From: Dicyema japonicum
Taxonomy: Eukaryota; Animalia; Dicyemida
NCBI GenBank assembly: GCA_011109175.1
Contig: RDEW01000040.1
Coordinates: 124,001-188,000 of the forward strand
Direction: 5' to 3'
DNA length: 64,000 nt
Position numbers and translations under genes: made by a program. This document shows, in pieces, positions 1 through 12,600 of this stretch. A model generated the notes under the pieces. That model did no database searches. It had not been told where the DNA came from and worked only from the letters and a program-made list of their open reading frames with translations. Position 1 is the first letter of the stretch. Every line of letters begins with the position of its first letter.

Positions 1-830
1 ACATGCAATCGAATTCACATTTTTGGTGGATAAAGTCACTCATTCCTCTTGCATTAATCGTCGACACATCCCATATCTGCAATCACCATCTTCCATAAAG
101 TTCATGACACTTCGACATGTCTCAAATAACGGAATCTTCAATAGACTAAGATTGTGACCTCGGACAATTTGACTAAGGATAGTTAGTCATATACGTTGAA
201 CAGAAGCGGATTCAGAAAGAAATTCTGAAGGACTCTTATTTTCATGGCAATCTCTTCAGATTTACAATCCATGCTTCACAGACGATTTTCTTCTAAATGG
301 GAAAACTTTGATCCATTCATGTGCTCGCTCGTCGAAGCTGTTCCAATAGGGCATCATACCACGGACTGTCAAAAGCTTTTCAGATATCAAGGAAAATAAC
401 ATTTAGGCGACACTTGAAGGCACGTGCTTTCCCTATCTCGAAATTGATATAGAAAAGGATGCTTTACTGGGCGGAAGCAACTGATTCTGGCTTAGAAAAT
501 TCTTCATTCAATCCAGTTTGAAACTTTGAGAATTTGTTTCATTATAATTTGTACACGTTATGTTTATGAATCATACTGGAATGTTCCTTTATCGGTTTCC
601 CGGTTTAGGAACCATACTGATAACTTCCAGTCTTGTGGCATATATCGAGTCTTAGACTAGCATCGTAAACTCTCTGGAGAGACTCATAGAGTTAAAATCT
701 TGAATCCGACTTTGTAGATAGGGTTTTCTATTAAACCCCAAGCTTACAATCTTTGGTAAGTTCAACACAAACAGTCATAACTAATTAATCCAAGGAAGGA
801 TCCCAAGTTAGAATGCCTGCTTGTACCATG
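1..830 (-). mobile_element. Degenerate APE-type LINE reverse transcriptase fragment
   Basis: Minus-strand translation gives RT-like motifs (VIFLDI*KAFDS; RVLQNSFLNPLLFNVYM) with stops and frameshifts; runs off the window start. Confidence 0.75.
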
Positions 831-1089
831 GTAATCTCCACCAGTTTAGCTGGTTTGGGAAAAAATATAAAGATGCCCTTGAACAACTGTATCGTGCCAA
901 AAAGGACTTGTCACATCACGGGTAAAATCTGGTCGACGAGAATTGGTGTGAATCTACAGCCAATGAATACAATAAGCTTGTTAAGCGCGATTTAGTCGAT
1001 CTGATAAATTGGGTTTACTGGTAAACATGTGAAAACTCAATTCTTAGATTGTCGGTTTATGAGGCTAATTAATTTAATTTATTAACCCC

Positions 1090-2800
1090 GGATACACCGA
1101 GAAATAAGTTAAAGTAAACAACTAGTAAAGAGCCAAATTTGTCAGTTTTGCGCCATGTTTCACTTGATCTGCTTTCCATTCTCCAGATTTCCACAATGTC
1201 ATTTTTTGCGTGTTCATTAAGGAACCATCGGTTCAGCTCAGCAGTGCCACCTCGAAGAGTCGAAGTAGGACCGATTTGTTATCTGACACAAAGTCGACGT
1301 CGTCTGCATGGGCAATTTCGACGATGTTGCCATCATATAACTTCCGAAGATCTCGTAATGCCGCCTCCAGATATATGACAAATAGCAGGGGAGAGGGAAT
1401 CTCCCTGGGGAGTACCAACATTGCACGCAAATTCACGGGAAAACGTCTTACCGACCCGCACTTGAGCTTCGTGTTAGATAGCAACACTCTGATCATACTG
1501 ACAGAATCAGGGTCCAAGAATTGTTTCAGTATCTGAGAAGTGGACCACGACGGTGTTCAAAGGCCCTAGAGAGGTCTATTCCCAGGACTGTTGTTGCACT
1601 TTCAAATCTCTGGTTGATAGCGCAGCGCCACTTGTGGCTGCATGCTACATCTGCAGTGGATCTTCCTGTCCTGAATCCACTGTGACTAGGGGATATATAG
1701 TTTTCCATTTGTTCTCTTATTCGGTTCAGCGTAATTAATGCCAGAAGTTTCCGTAAGGTGTTTAGCAGGATTATTGGACGTAGGTTTTCAACAGGCCCAG
1801 CATGTTTGTTAGGTTTTTGTATTGGTATTAATAGTCCGGATCCAAGAGCGGGTATTTTTTTTATAAACATAGAGTTGAATAGTTTGCCAATTTGTCTGTT
1901 AGTGCAGGTGACCCATATTTGACAAGTTCTGAATTGATTCCATCCGGTCCAGGGGAGCGACCATTCTAAAGTTTGACCATTGCATTTTAGATTTGGCCGA
2001 GTGTGATAGCTTTATCGAGTTGGGTGGCGTATCCACAAGTATGATCAGATATTTCTCTGCGGACAGTTGATATATCCTCAAAGTACGACGCAATATGTTC
2101 AGCCTGATCTTTGGATTTGTTAAGAATCTTCCATTCCCGTCATAGTTTGAGTTTGTTCGTTTGTTTACTTCTGTTGAGCAGACGGATTGCAGTCAACATT
2201 TTTGATGAGTCTTTGAACTGTTCAACTTCTGCAGTTCTTAGATCAAGTAGGTTAGTGGAGTGCTTCTTATTCAAAATATTTATGGTTTTCTGGGTGGATC
2301 TTTTCTAAAATTCAAGATTTGTTCCTTGTCTCAAATCACACATATTTTCCAGTTGTAATCTTAGTTCCCTTTGTTCTGTAATGAGGGCGAGGAAATCAGG
2401 ATGTATACATTTTTTAAACAGTGCTAAGGACCAGGTTCCAATACTCCCATTTGCTGCCGAAAGATCATTTTCATTGTCTCCGCTTAGATGCCTCCTGGAG
2501 GAAGTCCGGGATTAAGGTTTCGGAGGAATTTCGTAATTGATATTTGGTAGTTGTGTCTGATCTATCTAGAGTAACACAGTTGTTCCATTTTATAGCTTCT
2601 TACAGCTACGTTTAGCTCTCTTCTTCTTAGGTCAGTCAATGTCCTCTTTGTGAACTTGGCAGAGACCATCTTGTGATCACTGTCGATAGCTGCACCTCCG
2701 TAAGACCTCGAGTCACATAGGAGTGATTTTTCAAGGCTTAGGTAGTTCTTATTTTCGTAGATCTGACTGTTGCATTCTTGTATATGACGTGACTCAAGAA
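1090..2800 (-). mobile_element. Degenerate RTE-clade LINE (APE C-terminus plus RT)
   Basis: ORF pieces ENLRPIILLNTLRKLL, LGIDLSRAF, SPLLFVIYLEAAL and AHADDVDF; APE end motif RSYGGAAIDSDH near 2680-2710. Related fragments at 25690, 28095 and 57480. Confidence 0.85.
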
Positions 2801-2859
2801 TGAGGCCAACAAATAAATTTAAAAAAAATATTTGAGAATATTAGTTTAAATATCAAAAT

Positions 2860-3564
2860 CTATTGGCAGAAACAACTCTTAGAAGAGCCAATCTTCGGAA
2901 TATCAATATTTAAGGGTATTTCTAAGTCGTCTTCCATTCCTTTGAATAGATTATCATTTTCAAGGGCTAACTGGGCAGCCTCATTTAGAGCTTCTTCTAC
3001 GTTATGAGACTCTTTGGCAGACACAAAAAAGTGATGTGGCAAACCATTATCTTTACACCACAACTCAGCATGTTTTGAGCTCACCTTTGGTTGCTTAATA
3101 TGAAATAAACCTCGTGGTTCTCCAGATCTAGTTTGTTTCCCACAACCACGAAAGGGAAGGACGCAGAATTGGGAGGGTTGCATAAAATTAGGAATCTATC
3201 TCTCCAATTTACCAAAGAACGCAGAGTATTCCTCGCCGTCACGTCATATACAGAATGCAACAGTCAGATCCACGAAAATAAGAACTACCTAAGCCATTGT
3301 ACTTCTCCTGTCCAGCAGTATCCCCATAACTAGAATAATAATTTTGACAACTTGCATTACAACATCAACACCGTCCACAGTGACATTCTTTGTGGCAAAG
3401 TCGGCTCCAATCGTGGGTTTGTAGTTTGATGAAAAGCATTTATTTACGTAATTTTTCATGAGTGACGTCTTACCGACACTAATGATTGGCTATCTTTCTT
3501 AAAACCTGACGTCTCCAATGATGACCACTTTTATGGCTATCTTTCTTTTTGATGTTTTAATCAT
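2860..3564 (-). CDS. RAB7: Rab7-like small GTPase, 4 exons
   Basis: Spliced translation: [20 protein letters not shown]|[19 protein letters not shown]|[21 protein letters not shown]..|..SAKE..SCFCQ*. GT-AG introns 3479-3505 (27 nt), 3330-3351 (22) and 3085-3110 (26). Two single-base indels (about 3323 and 3251) must be assumed. Confidence 0.85.
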
Positions 3565-3699
3565 ATGAATTAAATCCACTAAAGTAAAGTGTATATTTAA
3601 ATTATAAGTTAAATTTCTCTATTAAAATAAAAATTATATATTTTATTTCAAAGCATAGCAGTGTAACTAAATAACTTAACAGCCAAGTGTCATAAGTTC

Positions 3700-5090
3700 C
3701 GAACGAACACTCGGACTAGAAGAGCTGAAGCCAATAAATGGTACAAACTAGTATCTTCCCTCCCATTTCAGAAATCCGCTCAGACGATATGGAGAGAAAT
3801 TAAACAATTTGACCCAAAAGGAAATGTTAGCAGACAACTGACGGATCAGCACAGTCTTAACAAACTTATGAAATATACGCCAGTTAAGCCACAAAACTTT
3901 CAGGAAAATGGATGGGCCTTCTTTATCCTCAATGAGACCCAAGAGAATCCAGCCGATTAACTTTATTTCACATTCAGATGTCAGTGAGGGTTTGAAGAGG
4001 ATGAATTCTTTCCTTTATTGGAAAATTGATTAACCTTATAACCCTGTTTCTTTCTTTTTCATCCTCACAACATGGATTCAGAAGGGGTTATTCAACTTCT
4101 ACTCATTTAACTTTCCTCAACCAATTTACAAATCCTCGCCCCTCAAAACAGTCGTTTGCTCGATCGATTTACAAAAGGCTTTCAACTCTGTCTCAAGGAA
4201 AATCCTAACTTGGAAATTGTTTAGCCTTTCTGTCAACCCCAATAAAAACGTTGACTTGCTAACTTAATCAATGGAAGAAGGGCCCGGGTATACATGGATG
4301 GGACAAAATCAGTTTCAAGATTACTACCCAATGGTGCCCCACAAGGTTCCCCTTTATTACCCGCCTTATTTAACTTATAAATGTCCGATTTACCACAACC
4401 CGATAATAAAAACGATTTCCTCCTATCATATGCTGATGACCTATTAATCGGATCCCGCGACCAAGATATCCTAAAGGCATCAGAAAGACTACAAAAATAT
4501 TTTCACAAGATTCAAATTTGGCTAAATTATAACCGGCTTTATATATCTACTTAAAAACCTTCTTCGTCTTTATTTACCTCAGACAAACGACTTGGACAAA
4601 TGATAGTGGATATATTTATGAGCCAGAGAAAAATACCTTTCATGAAGAAATTGAAAATCTTGGAGATCACCTTCGACACATACATGTCCTTTTCAATCTC
4701 ACGTCGACCATGTCTCTGGAAGCTGCTCAAGAAAGCTAGGGATAATAAAAACTATTTTCGGTGGCATTAAAACCCCTTTCCCAGCTTTGAAATTGTTGTT
4801 TGAGTCATCTGTCTGCTATGCCTGTCCGTCATGGAATCAATCTCCCCTGGACGAACAAACAAAGAATCCGCGACAGCCACTACTATTAGTAATCTCGGGA
4901 AACTAGAAAAACTAATACCCTCATCACTTAAAGACCTTATCCGACAAAATGGAAAGCTATTTGCTACCCTGAGCAGGCAGTGCAACTCTCAACAATACAC
5001 AGCCGCGACGTGTCTTATGAGAAGGGTATACACACCCCTTTCCAATTCCTATTCCCCAAACCACCCCGCCCGAGAGAAGTTACCTTCGAG
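3700..5090 (+). mobile_element. Degenerate Ingi/Vingi-like LINE RT region
   Basis: Motifs QHGFRRGYSTSTHL, PNGAPQGSPLLPALFNL and SYADDL; same family as 7560-9090, 29516-31330 and 37780-39430. Confidence 0.8.
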
Positions 5091-5229
5091 ATCACTTAAT
5101 TTGGTAATTAAATTAAGTATTGGTGTTCTTAGGTTAATAATAATAAACACGGGATGGCCCAGTTTTATAAGATAATTTCGGGTTTGAATATCACTGCTGT
5201 CCATTCCGGTTTAAGATTCTACATATATA

Positions 5230-5430
5230 CTGCTCTTAGATCGACAAGTAACTGCTTTTTTTCATTCCGCTCACAGATAAAACATCCGGTTCCTTTTCGC
5301 CCTCGACGCTAGAATTCTTGGGTCAGCTAAGGAATTTTTACACGTATTGGAAATCTCCACGAGTGCTGCTGGCTATTTGAACGAATCTCCACACAATCCT
5401 GAGGGGGCAATAGCCACACCGGGTTGATTG
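5230..5430 (+). mobile_element. 3' fragment of a CRE-like LINE (end of REL endonuclease)
   Basis: Nucleotide similarity to the reverse complement of 14460-14640 (ctcgacgctagaattc...tggctatttgaacgaat...gagggggcaatagccac). Confidence 0.6.
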
Positions 5431-6772
5431 TTTAACGATTATCAATAAAGTGATTCATTTATTAATTAGTAGGTCAAAGGTTAAATTTTTAGGTCATTAA
5501 AGTCAAAATTTTATATTTTTTGAAAAATATATGAAACCGAAGCTAGCCAGAAAAAATCAAAGTTTCGAAGCGACGGATGCTAGAAATGACTTCTCTTTAA
5601 CGACTTTGGAATCCCTAATTCGTAAGAACTTAAAGGTGTACCCGTGCAACTATAAACATCCTAGTTCTACGTCCTTAAGTGCTTGCTAGGGAGGAACATC
5701 GGGCCAGGATAACTCACTGCTGGAGCTTGTGGGATCGCCTAAAAACCTTTGAAAATTATATATACATTCATCGTCTAGCATCCATCATCTCAGCAAGTGT
5801 AATCTAAACATTAGAGACTATTTTAATGACTTAGATTACCTCATTTCTTCAGTAAAGGCTATCTACAGCAAATCGGGAAAAGATATTTTTCAAATCAGAG
5901 ATCGCCTATATATTCCTGACCACTAGAGAAGTTAATGAGTTATTATTAAAGTAAACACAGGTAATTCAGTTAAGAAATACGAAACGGTAGAGCTTCTGGA
6001 TTGACTTCTACCCAGATAGTCTCCCCAAGAAATTGGCCAACCACAAAGTAATCTATGAAAATGTCTCATACTTTTTTGAAACATAGAATAAGATTTTCGA
6101 TAGTTCCGCCAATCTTGCATATTTTCCATCAAACTACAGAGGAATCAGCTTATGAGGATTTGTCCTGTAAGCAAGTTTCAAACAAAATTCCGATTGAGCA
6201 TTAGGCCCCTCTTTTTGAGTCGTACCGTCCCTCAAAACTGTATGACATTCCAGAAAGTATTATGGAGTTGAAAAGATAAGCAAATATCTCTGGCTTAACT
6301 ATCTTAGGCAGAACAGGATTTTTGCATGTGTTTTTGCCCGTACCATAAAATAATTCTTGATCGCGATAATTTTTGACTCAAAATGGGAATGGTTGGTTGG
6401 AGAGGCAGAATTTTGAATCCCTTTATTTTATCGAGGTTGGTTATAAACATGCTAGAACCCCGCTAGGTAAGCTGTAATTCAACGTTCTTCAGATAAACTG
6501 TTTTTAGACAGTTGTTAGACTTTTTGACCAACCAAAAGGCGTACCCCAACAGACCGGAGAAATTTTAGTTTCACAAAAGTATGAAACGTGTTCTAAAAAC
6601 AACAACAATTGTCAAAGATCGTGTAAGTACTTTAGGGAGGAAAGCGCTATTTAGGAGCCGAGTTGAACTGACATCAATAGGTTATGAAAAGGGTTGAAGA
6701 CGACTTGGTTAGAAAAGGGTTATTAGATTGAGGTACATCAATATGAAAATATTATTAATATGTTTTTGGAGA

Positions 6773-7110
6773 ACCGTCCGGGTGGCTTAGTGGTTAAGTG
6801 TCGGGCTAAAGTGGCTTAGGTCACGGGTTCGATTTTCGCTGCTGTTCACCTGGTGGAAGGTTCCACGCATCTACGATGCGGAAAAGGCTTGAAGAGTGAC
6901 GCCGTCATCAGTGGAGATTCACTGCGGAACTGGATAGTCAAAAGGATATACACAAAAGAAAAAAACAAAAAAGTAAAGAGCATTCCTTGGTTCTCCCTCT
7001 ACGATTAGTTGTAATAACTGTTCTTTACTTAAATAAAGTGTGTGTTCTTAACAAGCGAAACCCTAGGCATCTTACGTGCTTATGGCAACGCGGTAGTGCT
7101 TAATTATTAT
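6773..7110 (+). mobile_element. tRNA-derived SINE, best-preserved copy
   Basis: Pol III A box TGGCTTAGTGG (6783-6793) and B box GGTTCGATT (6826-6834), followed by a core (gaaggttccacgcatctac..gagtgacgccgtcatcagtg..cactgcggaactggat) and tail shared with three other copies. Confidence 0.85.
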
Positions 7111-7559
7111 ATAATTATTTAAAGAACCGCTAAAGAGATGGTAGCATAAGATGACGTAAAGAAATTACATTCTGTGCCGGCATCCAAAAAGAATTCTTCC
7201 GTTCTCTACTCCAGTGGAGAGGTTCCCACAATGGCGAATATGGATAGATGTGATTTGTGAAAAGATCCGTCTTAGTAAAATACAGGAGATCCAATCATTC
7301 AAGTCCAAAAGAAAAAAAGGAGAAAAGTCAATACAAACAGTTAACAACTACTGATGTTCCTTTAAGTTAAGGGGGACATCGCTTCATTCATAGGCATTAA
7401 AGTTTTCATAATAATCATCACCGATGGAGTTGGCCAGGGTGAAGATAAGAAGATCCCTTTCAACAGCTGTGTCGTCTCAAAATAAAAAGTATAAAGAAAT
7501 GCTAAAAATAAAACAAGGTACCGAGCCATATTATTAACACCAAAGACCACGGTTACCCA

Positions 7560-9090
7560 AACCAACTAATCACATGATCCTAGCACGCTCTAGCATGGAC
7601 CTCATCTTGGCCCGATGCTCTTTCCTCGATCCCACATAAGCACGTATCGGTCGAGTGACTGGACCTTCGTAGTCATGACGGCGCGTTCCATGGTTCATTC
7701 GCATCAAGGCTTCAAGAGGCATTTGTGGTTGGAACTCTCCAGAAATCCAGCGTTCCGTGATTCTGGAGGCTCTTTTTCGGCTAGCCTATATACCCACATC
7801 CGTAAGAGATGCGTAGTTCAATGAATTGTTTGCATATAGTGCTCAAAATAGTATGATTTTCGATTTTCCATAAGCCTGTGAGGCATTTCAAAACATTAGT
7901 TTTCTTTTCGCAATTTGTAATTACGTTTTCAACATGGGGAGAAAATGACATGTGCATGTCAAAAGTCACCCCGAGGATCCTTTGGGTTTTTCTGAAAGAA
8001 ATAGCTTTATTGTTTGCCTTCGGTTCGACCGTCCGTCTTCTCAGTCTCTTGTCTGAAGTAAATAGAGTTTTGACGGACTTCTAATTGCTGGCAGTTAAGC
8101 GATTCTTCGCTAGCCATTCGTTAAGATGGTCCAGGTTTTCTTGCAATCTCGAAGTGGCAATTTGGATGTCATGATCGCGTAACGCAATGACGATGTTGTC
8201 GGCATAAGTTAGAATAATATCATTTTCGGAGTCTGGAGTGGGGAGGTCTGCCATGAATAGGTTGAATAAAGCTGGAGACAAAGGGGATATTTGGGGAACC
8301 CCATTAGGGATAAGCCTGAAATAGACCTTGACTGGCCAATGCATACGCGTCCCCTTCGACCACTAAAGAAGTTAGCTAGCCAGAGTTTGAGCTTTCTAGG
8401 GATCTTCGTTTGGTAAATTTTCCAAGTAAGATTCTTCCTTGAAAGAGTCAAAAGCTTTGTGTACGTCTATAGAACAAAGTACAGTCTTCATGTGTCCCGA
8501 CCTATGTGAGAAACCATAAAGTTAGTCAATGCAGATAAGTGGGTCGAAGTAGATTTTTCCTTTTCAAAACCATGTTGAAATGACAAATCCGGGAAAAATT
8601 TTTTTGATTTTCGCAAGAACAAGCCTTTCCAAAATTTTCGACACCAAACACAATAACGCGACCTGTCTGTATGAAGCTGGTTCCTTCTTCACTTTACCGG
8701 ATTTCAAAATTGGACGTAGGTGGCAAGCTTCCATAAGGCTGGAATATATATTTTGTTAATGGAGTGGTTGGATATCCTCGTTAGTCTCCAGATTCTCTAG
8801 GATGATCATTGGGATCTTATCCGGTCCATTAGAATAGGTTGTTTTAGTGGCTTTTAATGCATATTTCACGTCGTTTTCAGTGAAGTGAATCGTATCCGGT
8901 TCCTTTTTCGATTTACTTAGATATTTCGGGGATACATCCGACTTCTTATGGTCTTTATGGGATATTTTCACATAGTATTTTATTAAGTTTTTTAAGTCAA
9001 TTTGGCTGTGATCCACCTCGGACGATCTTTCATCTTCTCTTGAGGCGTATTTCTATTCAATAGTTTTCCAAATTTCAGTAGTGGATCTAT
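7560..9090 (-). mobile_element. Degenerate Ingi/Vingi-like LINE, RT to 3' end
   Basis: ORFs PNGVPQISPLSPALFNLFMADLP and TYADNIVI, GPDKIPMIIL linker, and post-RT region LGVTFDMHMSF. Confidence 0.85.
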
Positions 9091-9182
9091 TTCTATTCAT
9101 ATATTATTTTGAATTTTTTAACATAAAATATTAAAATATATTTAATTTTTTATTAGTAAAATTTGTCTTGTGTAGTTATTGT

Positions 9183-9903
9183 ATGTTGGAAATTACCAAA
9201 TGTTTAATAATGATCGACCTCATAATTTCTTCATTTTATTTTTGGCTTCATCTAACAAATGGTTTAAAATTATTCGAAACTGAGCTCTACATAAGCGCAC
9301 TTGCATTTGGGTTTATGAGAGGAAGAAGACAAGGTAATAATAATATTGAGTAAAGACAACATGGTTGATGCCCTCAACATGTTTATTGTTCCTCTCAGAT
9401 GTGTCACTGGCTATTTATTCTTCCAACAATCCTTCCTTGTTTTTTGTATTTATGCTGTCATTTGTTTCTGTATTCCTTGTATACTCATTAGTAGTCTTTA
9501 GGTTTATATATGTATATTGCAGACAATCACAAACAGCGAGTAATGTACACAGTCTGAATCCTGTGACTCTGAAATCATTGGTTGAAGAAAGTAAAGGTGT
9601 TGATTGGGTGGTGGAATTTTACGCAAATTGGGCACAACCATGGAGAGTTATGGAAATTGTGAATAAACTGTCACTAAATTACCGTAATGTGAAGTTTGGG
9701 CGTATAAATATTGAAGGAAACATTAATATATGTAATAAATATAACATATCAACATCTGTTTGGAGTGGAGATATTCCAACAGTAATTTTGTTCAAAAATG
9801 GTGTAGAGCATAATCGGTTATCTAAAAATGCTATTACTGAGGTTTAGTATAATATTTATTATAGAATATGATTGTGGAAGTATTTAGATTGAAACATTCT
9901 TAA
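9183..9903 (+). CDS. TMX2: Thioredoxin-related transmembrane protein 2
   Basis: Intact spliced ORF with introns 9334-9355 (22 nt), 9470-9491 (22) and 9842-9864 (23). TM segment followed by Trx-like DWVVEFYANW..KLSLNY..KFGRINI..IPTVILFKNGVE. Start at 9183 or 9210. Confidence 0.85.
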
Positions 9904-11179
9904 ATAACAGCTACTAACATAATTTTTATCAATTTTCGATTTCATTGATTTGGATATCTCTTATTATTATTTTGCAAAACACAAATAAAAGAAACTTTGT
10001 CGCTTCTGCAACACCGTGGACAGTCTTCCGTGTTAGATTCCCACGCTTTCCTTGAGAAGGCGATTTTTTAAGACATCTAGGTCATCTTTTCAATCCCATG
10101 ATCTTCATGAATTGCAACAGGGAGAGAGTAGCGAGAATGTCCGCGGTATCCACAACTGCTTGGTCCATTCTTCCACCTTTCTTGAATAACTTACATTTCT
10201 CCATTTTGGTCGTTAATTCGATCGGATGTGAATTGCATATTCCGTACAGCATTATTAACTAACAACAACTAAAATCCTTTAACTAAGAGGCCACTATTCC
10301 GTGAGCGTTCCTTCTGCGTGTGTCCGAACTTTAAGACTGTCTTTATAACATTAATTTTCCTGAAACGCCTTGGCAGAACGTTGTTTACATGGCGAGAAAA
10401 TAGGTAAGAATCAAAGATAATGCAGAATTCTTGGTAGTCTCTGTATGGGGATAAGTTCTCCTTAGAGATTGATTGCTGTTGTGTCTTTCTGTCTTCGATC
10501 GGTGGTAAAAATAGTGTATGTGGATTTTTCAGGAAAGTCGCTCAAAGTCAGCAAAGTTGTTTAGATGTGACTTAAAGTTTTAACTTTGCCGTACCACGTA
10601 TCTATTTCGGTCTGTAATAATAGAATCATTGAATCCCTCATCAATGGCAAGTCGTGTAAAAATAGGTTGAAAAAGAGGTACGCCATTTGATGGGTGATAA
10701 TAGGATATTGGGAGGCCTGTAGACGAATTGAGAGTTTTAATCGAATTATTTTCAAATTTAAAAGAAAATTAATAGTTAATTATAGAAAGTCAATGTTTAT
10801 TATTCCTTGTTAAACTTGTCTGTGAATTGTCATGGAGGCACATTAAGCTGAATAAACTGACGCCAAATCCCATACAACAAAGCAAAAAGGAAGCTCGATG
10901 GCGGACAATTGTAGGCTGAGCGCGTGCAACCATCGTGGACAACTAAAAATAAATAAAACATGAATACAAAAAAATTTCCTTTAAGAAACTTAATTGGAAA
11001 ATTTAACGTCGACCATAGTGAGAGCAGAGGCCTAAAATTTATACTAAAAATTTCATACATGAAGAAGCACCACTGCACCAAGAATACTAACAATAAGCAA
11101 TTAAAATTAAATTTAATTATTTATTAATTTAAGTTTTAACAATATAATATTTCAGATAACAAATTTGGTTTTTTAAGAT

Positions 11180-12120
11180 GTAACTACACAAAAAACTAAA
11201 CAATGATGGGCCCTCATACTGGATCATTAGTTATTCCTTACTCACGGAAGCTACGACTCGTAGTCGCGGATCCAGATTTTTCCCCGTCTGTAAGGAATAT
11301 GGTAACCCCCTTCGCCTGTTCATATCAAAGGCAAATGAAACCGATTGGTACAAAGCTCCCTTCCCCAATCGGATTCCTCTGAAGGAATAAGAAACAATTC
11401 TATATACAAGGACTAAACTACTGTTTTTGAGATAAGAATCCGCTATCAAATGATGACATAATGAGGTTACGTGAACTCAATAAAGAAATCGACAAACATA
11501 CTCTCGTCTAAGCAAAAAACACCTAAGTTAAACGATGGAAAAAATATCCAAATATCTGATTAAAAAATCTTACATGAAAAAGGCTTGGAAATTAATTAGG
11601 TTTCTCAAGAGATCTACTATGAAAACTTAAAACAACATCTATATTCATTCAGTCATTAATCAGACACTAAGCCTTTGTATTCACAGGAGTTCTCTAAGGA
11701 TCACTGAATTTATAATACAAAAATCCTCTGGCTGCATCCTATTTACCCTTAGTGTGGCCCACTGGACAATCTCAATAGCCCAGGACTCTCCAGATTTAAA
11801 CGGCTACACAAAACAGCAAGTAAGGGGATAATCTAAAAGCAGAAGTTTTACAAATTTCGATCAATATGAACACTAGTCCAGGAGATGGAATAGGTGTCTT
11901 TATTTTAGCATGGATTCAGTGCTCTTCACTTGACGTCTAACCACCCCATCCAAATTCAACTTTTTTAAACCACATATGAGATCTGTCCTTGTGTTATTTG
12001 ATATTAAAAAATCATTCGCCTTTGCTCTTTATAAACTTAACACAGAAAATATTTTTCAAGTCGTCCAAGGGACATTAACACCATAACCGCGTGGCTTGGA
12101 AGTACACAAAATCCTTTACG
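11180..12120 (+). mobile_element. Highly decayed Ingi/Vingi-like LINE fragment
   Basis: Residual motifs resembling 30300-30960 (LRELNKEIDKH, QHGFSA.., SVLVLFDIKKSF). Confidence 0.55.
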
Positions 12121-12600
12121 ACTTTTAAAAAACAATAAGGCATCGATCAAGTTGCTAAAAGGCACCAAGAATCCTCTTATTCTCAAACCTATTTTATTTG
12201 AGGCCACTGGAGTCACTACACAGTTCTTTCATTACACATTTTTCCTTGCCAACGTCTAGCACATAGATATTCCGTGAGCGGTTTCACGTCATCCTTTTCT
12301 TGCCCAAAAGACTTTTTGCTAACGCACTATGTTTTTTTATGGTAAGATTGCGAGCGAAAACAGTTCAGAGTCATTCATTGTTTGTAGGAGAGTTGAGATT
12401 TCCTGTGTTGAAGGTATTGAATAGCTTCACAAACATCACTCTAGAGAAATGAGATTACTCTAATAAAGGCTGACAGGAAATTTAGTTTTTAAAAGATAAT
12501 AAAAATATACTAAATTATATATTAAATAACAAAAAATTAATTTAAATAATTAATTAAACAATTTAAATTTAAATAAAATTGATATTTTTCACGCCTTTCT

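Noticed and set aside
5572-5790. About 18-bp inverted repeat as a MITE
   Set aside because: Imperfect, no TSD, and the interior resembles a LINE 3' fragment.
6773-6850. Functional tRNA gene
   Set aside because: A and B boxes are present but there is no good acceptor or anticodon stem, and it continues into a repeated SINE body.
5800-7340. Decayed leucine-rich-repeat gene around the SINE
   Set aside because: Only vague LxxLxL-like fragments; no continuous frame can be reconstructed by eye.
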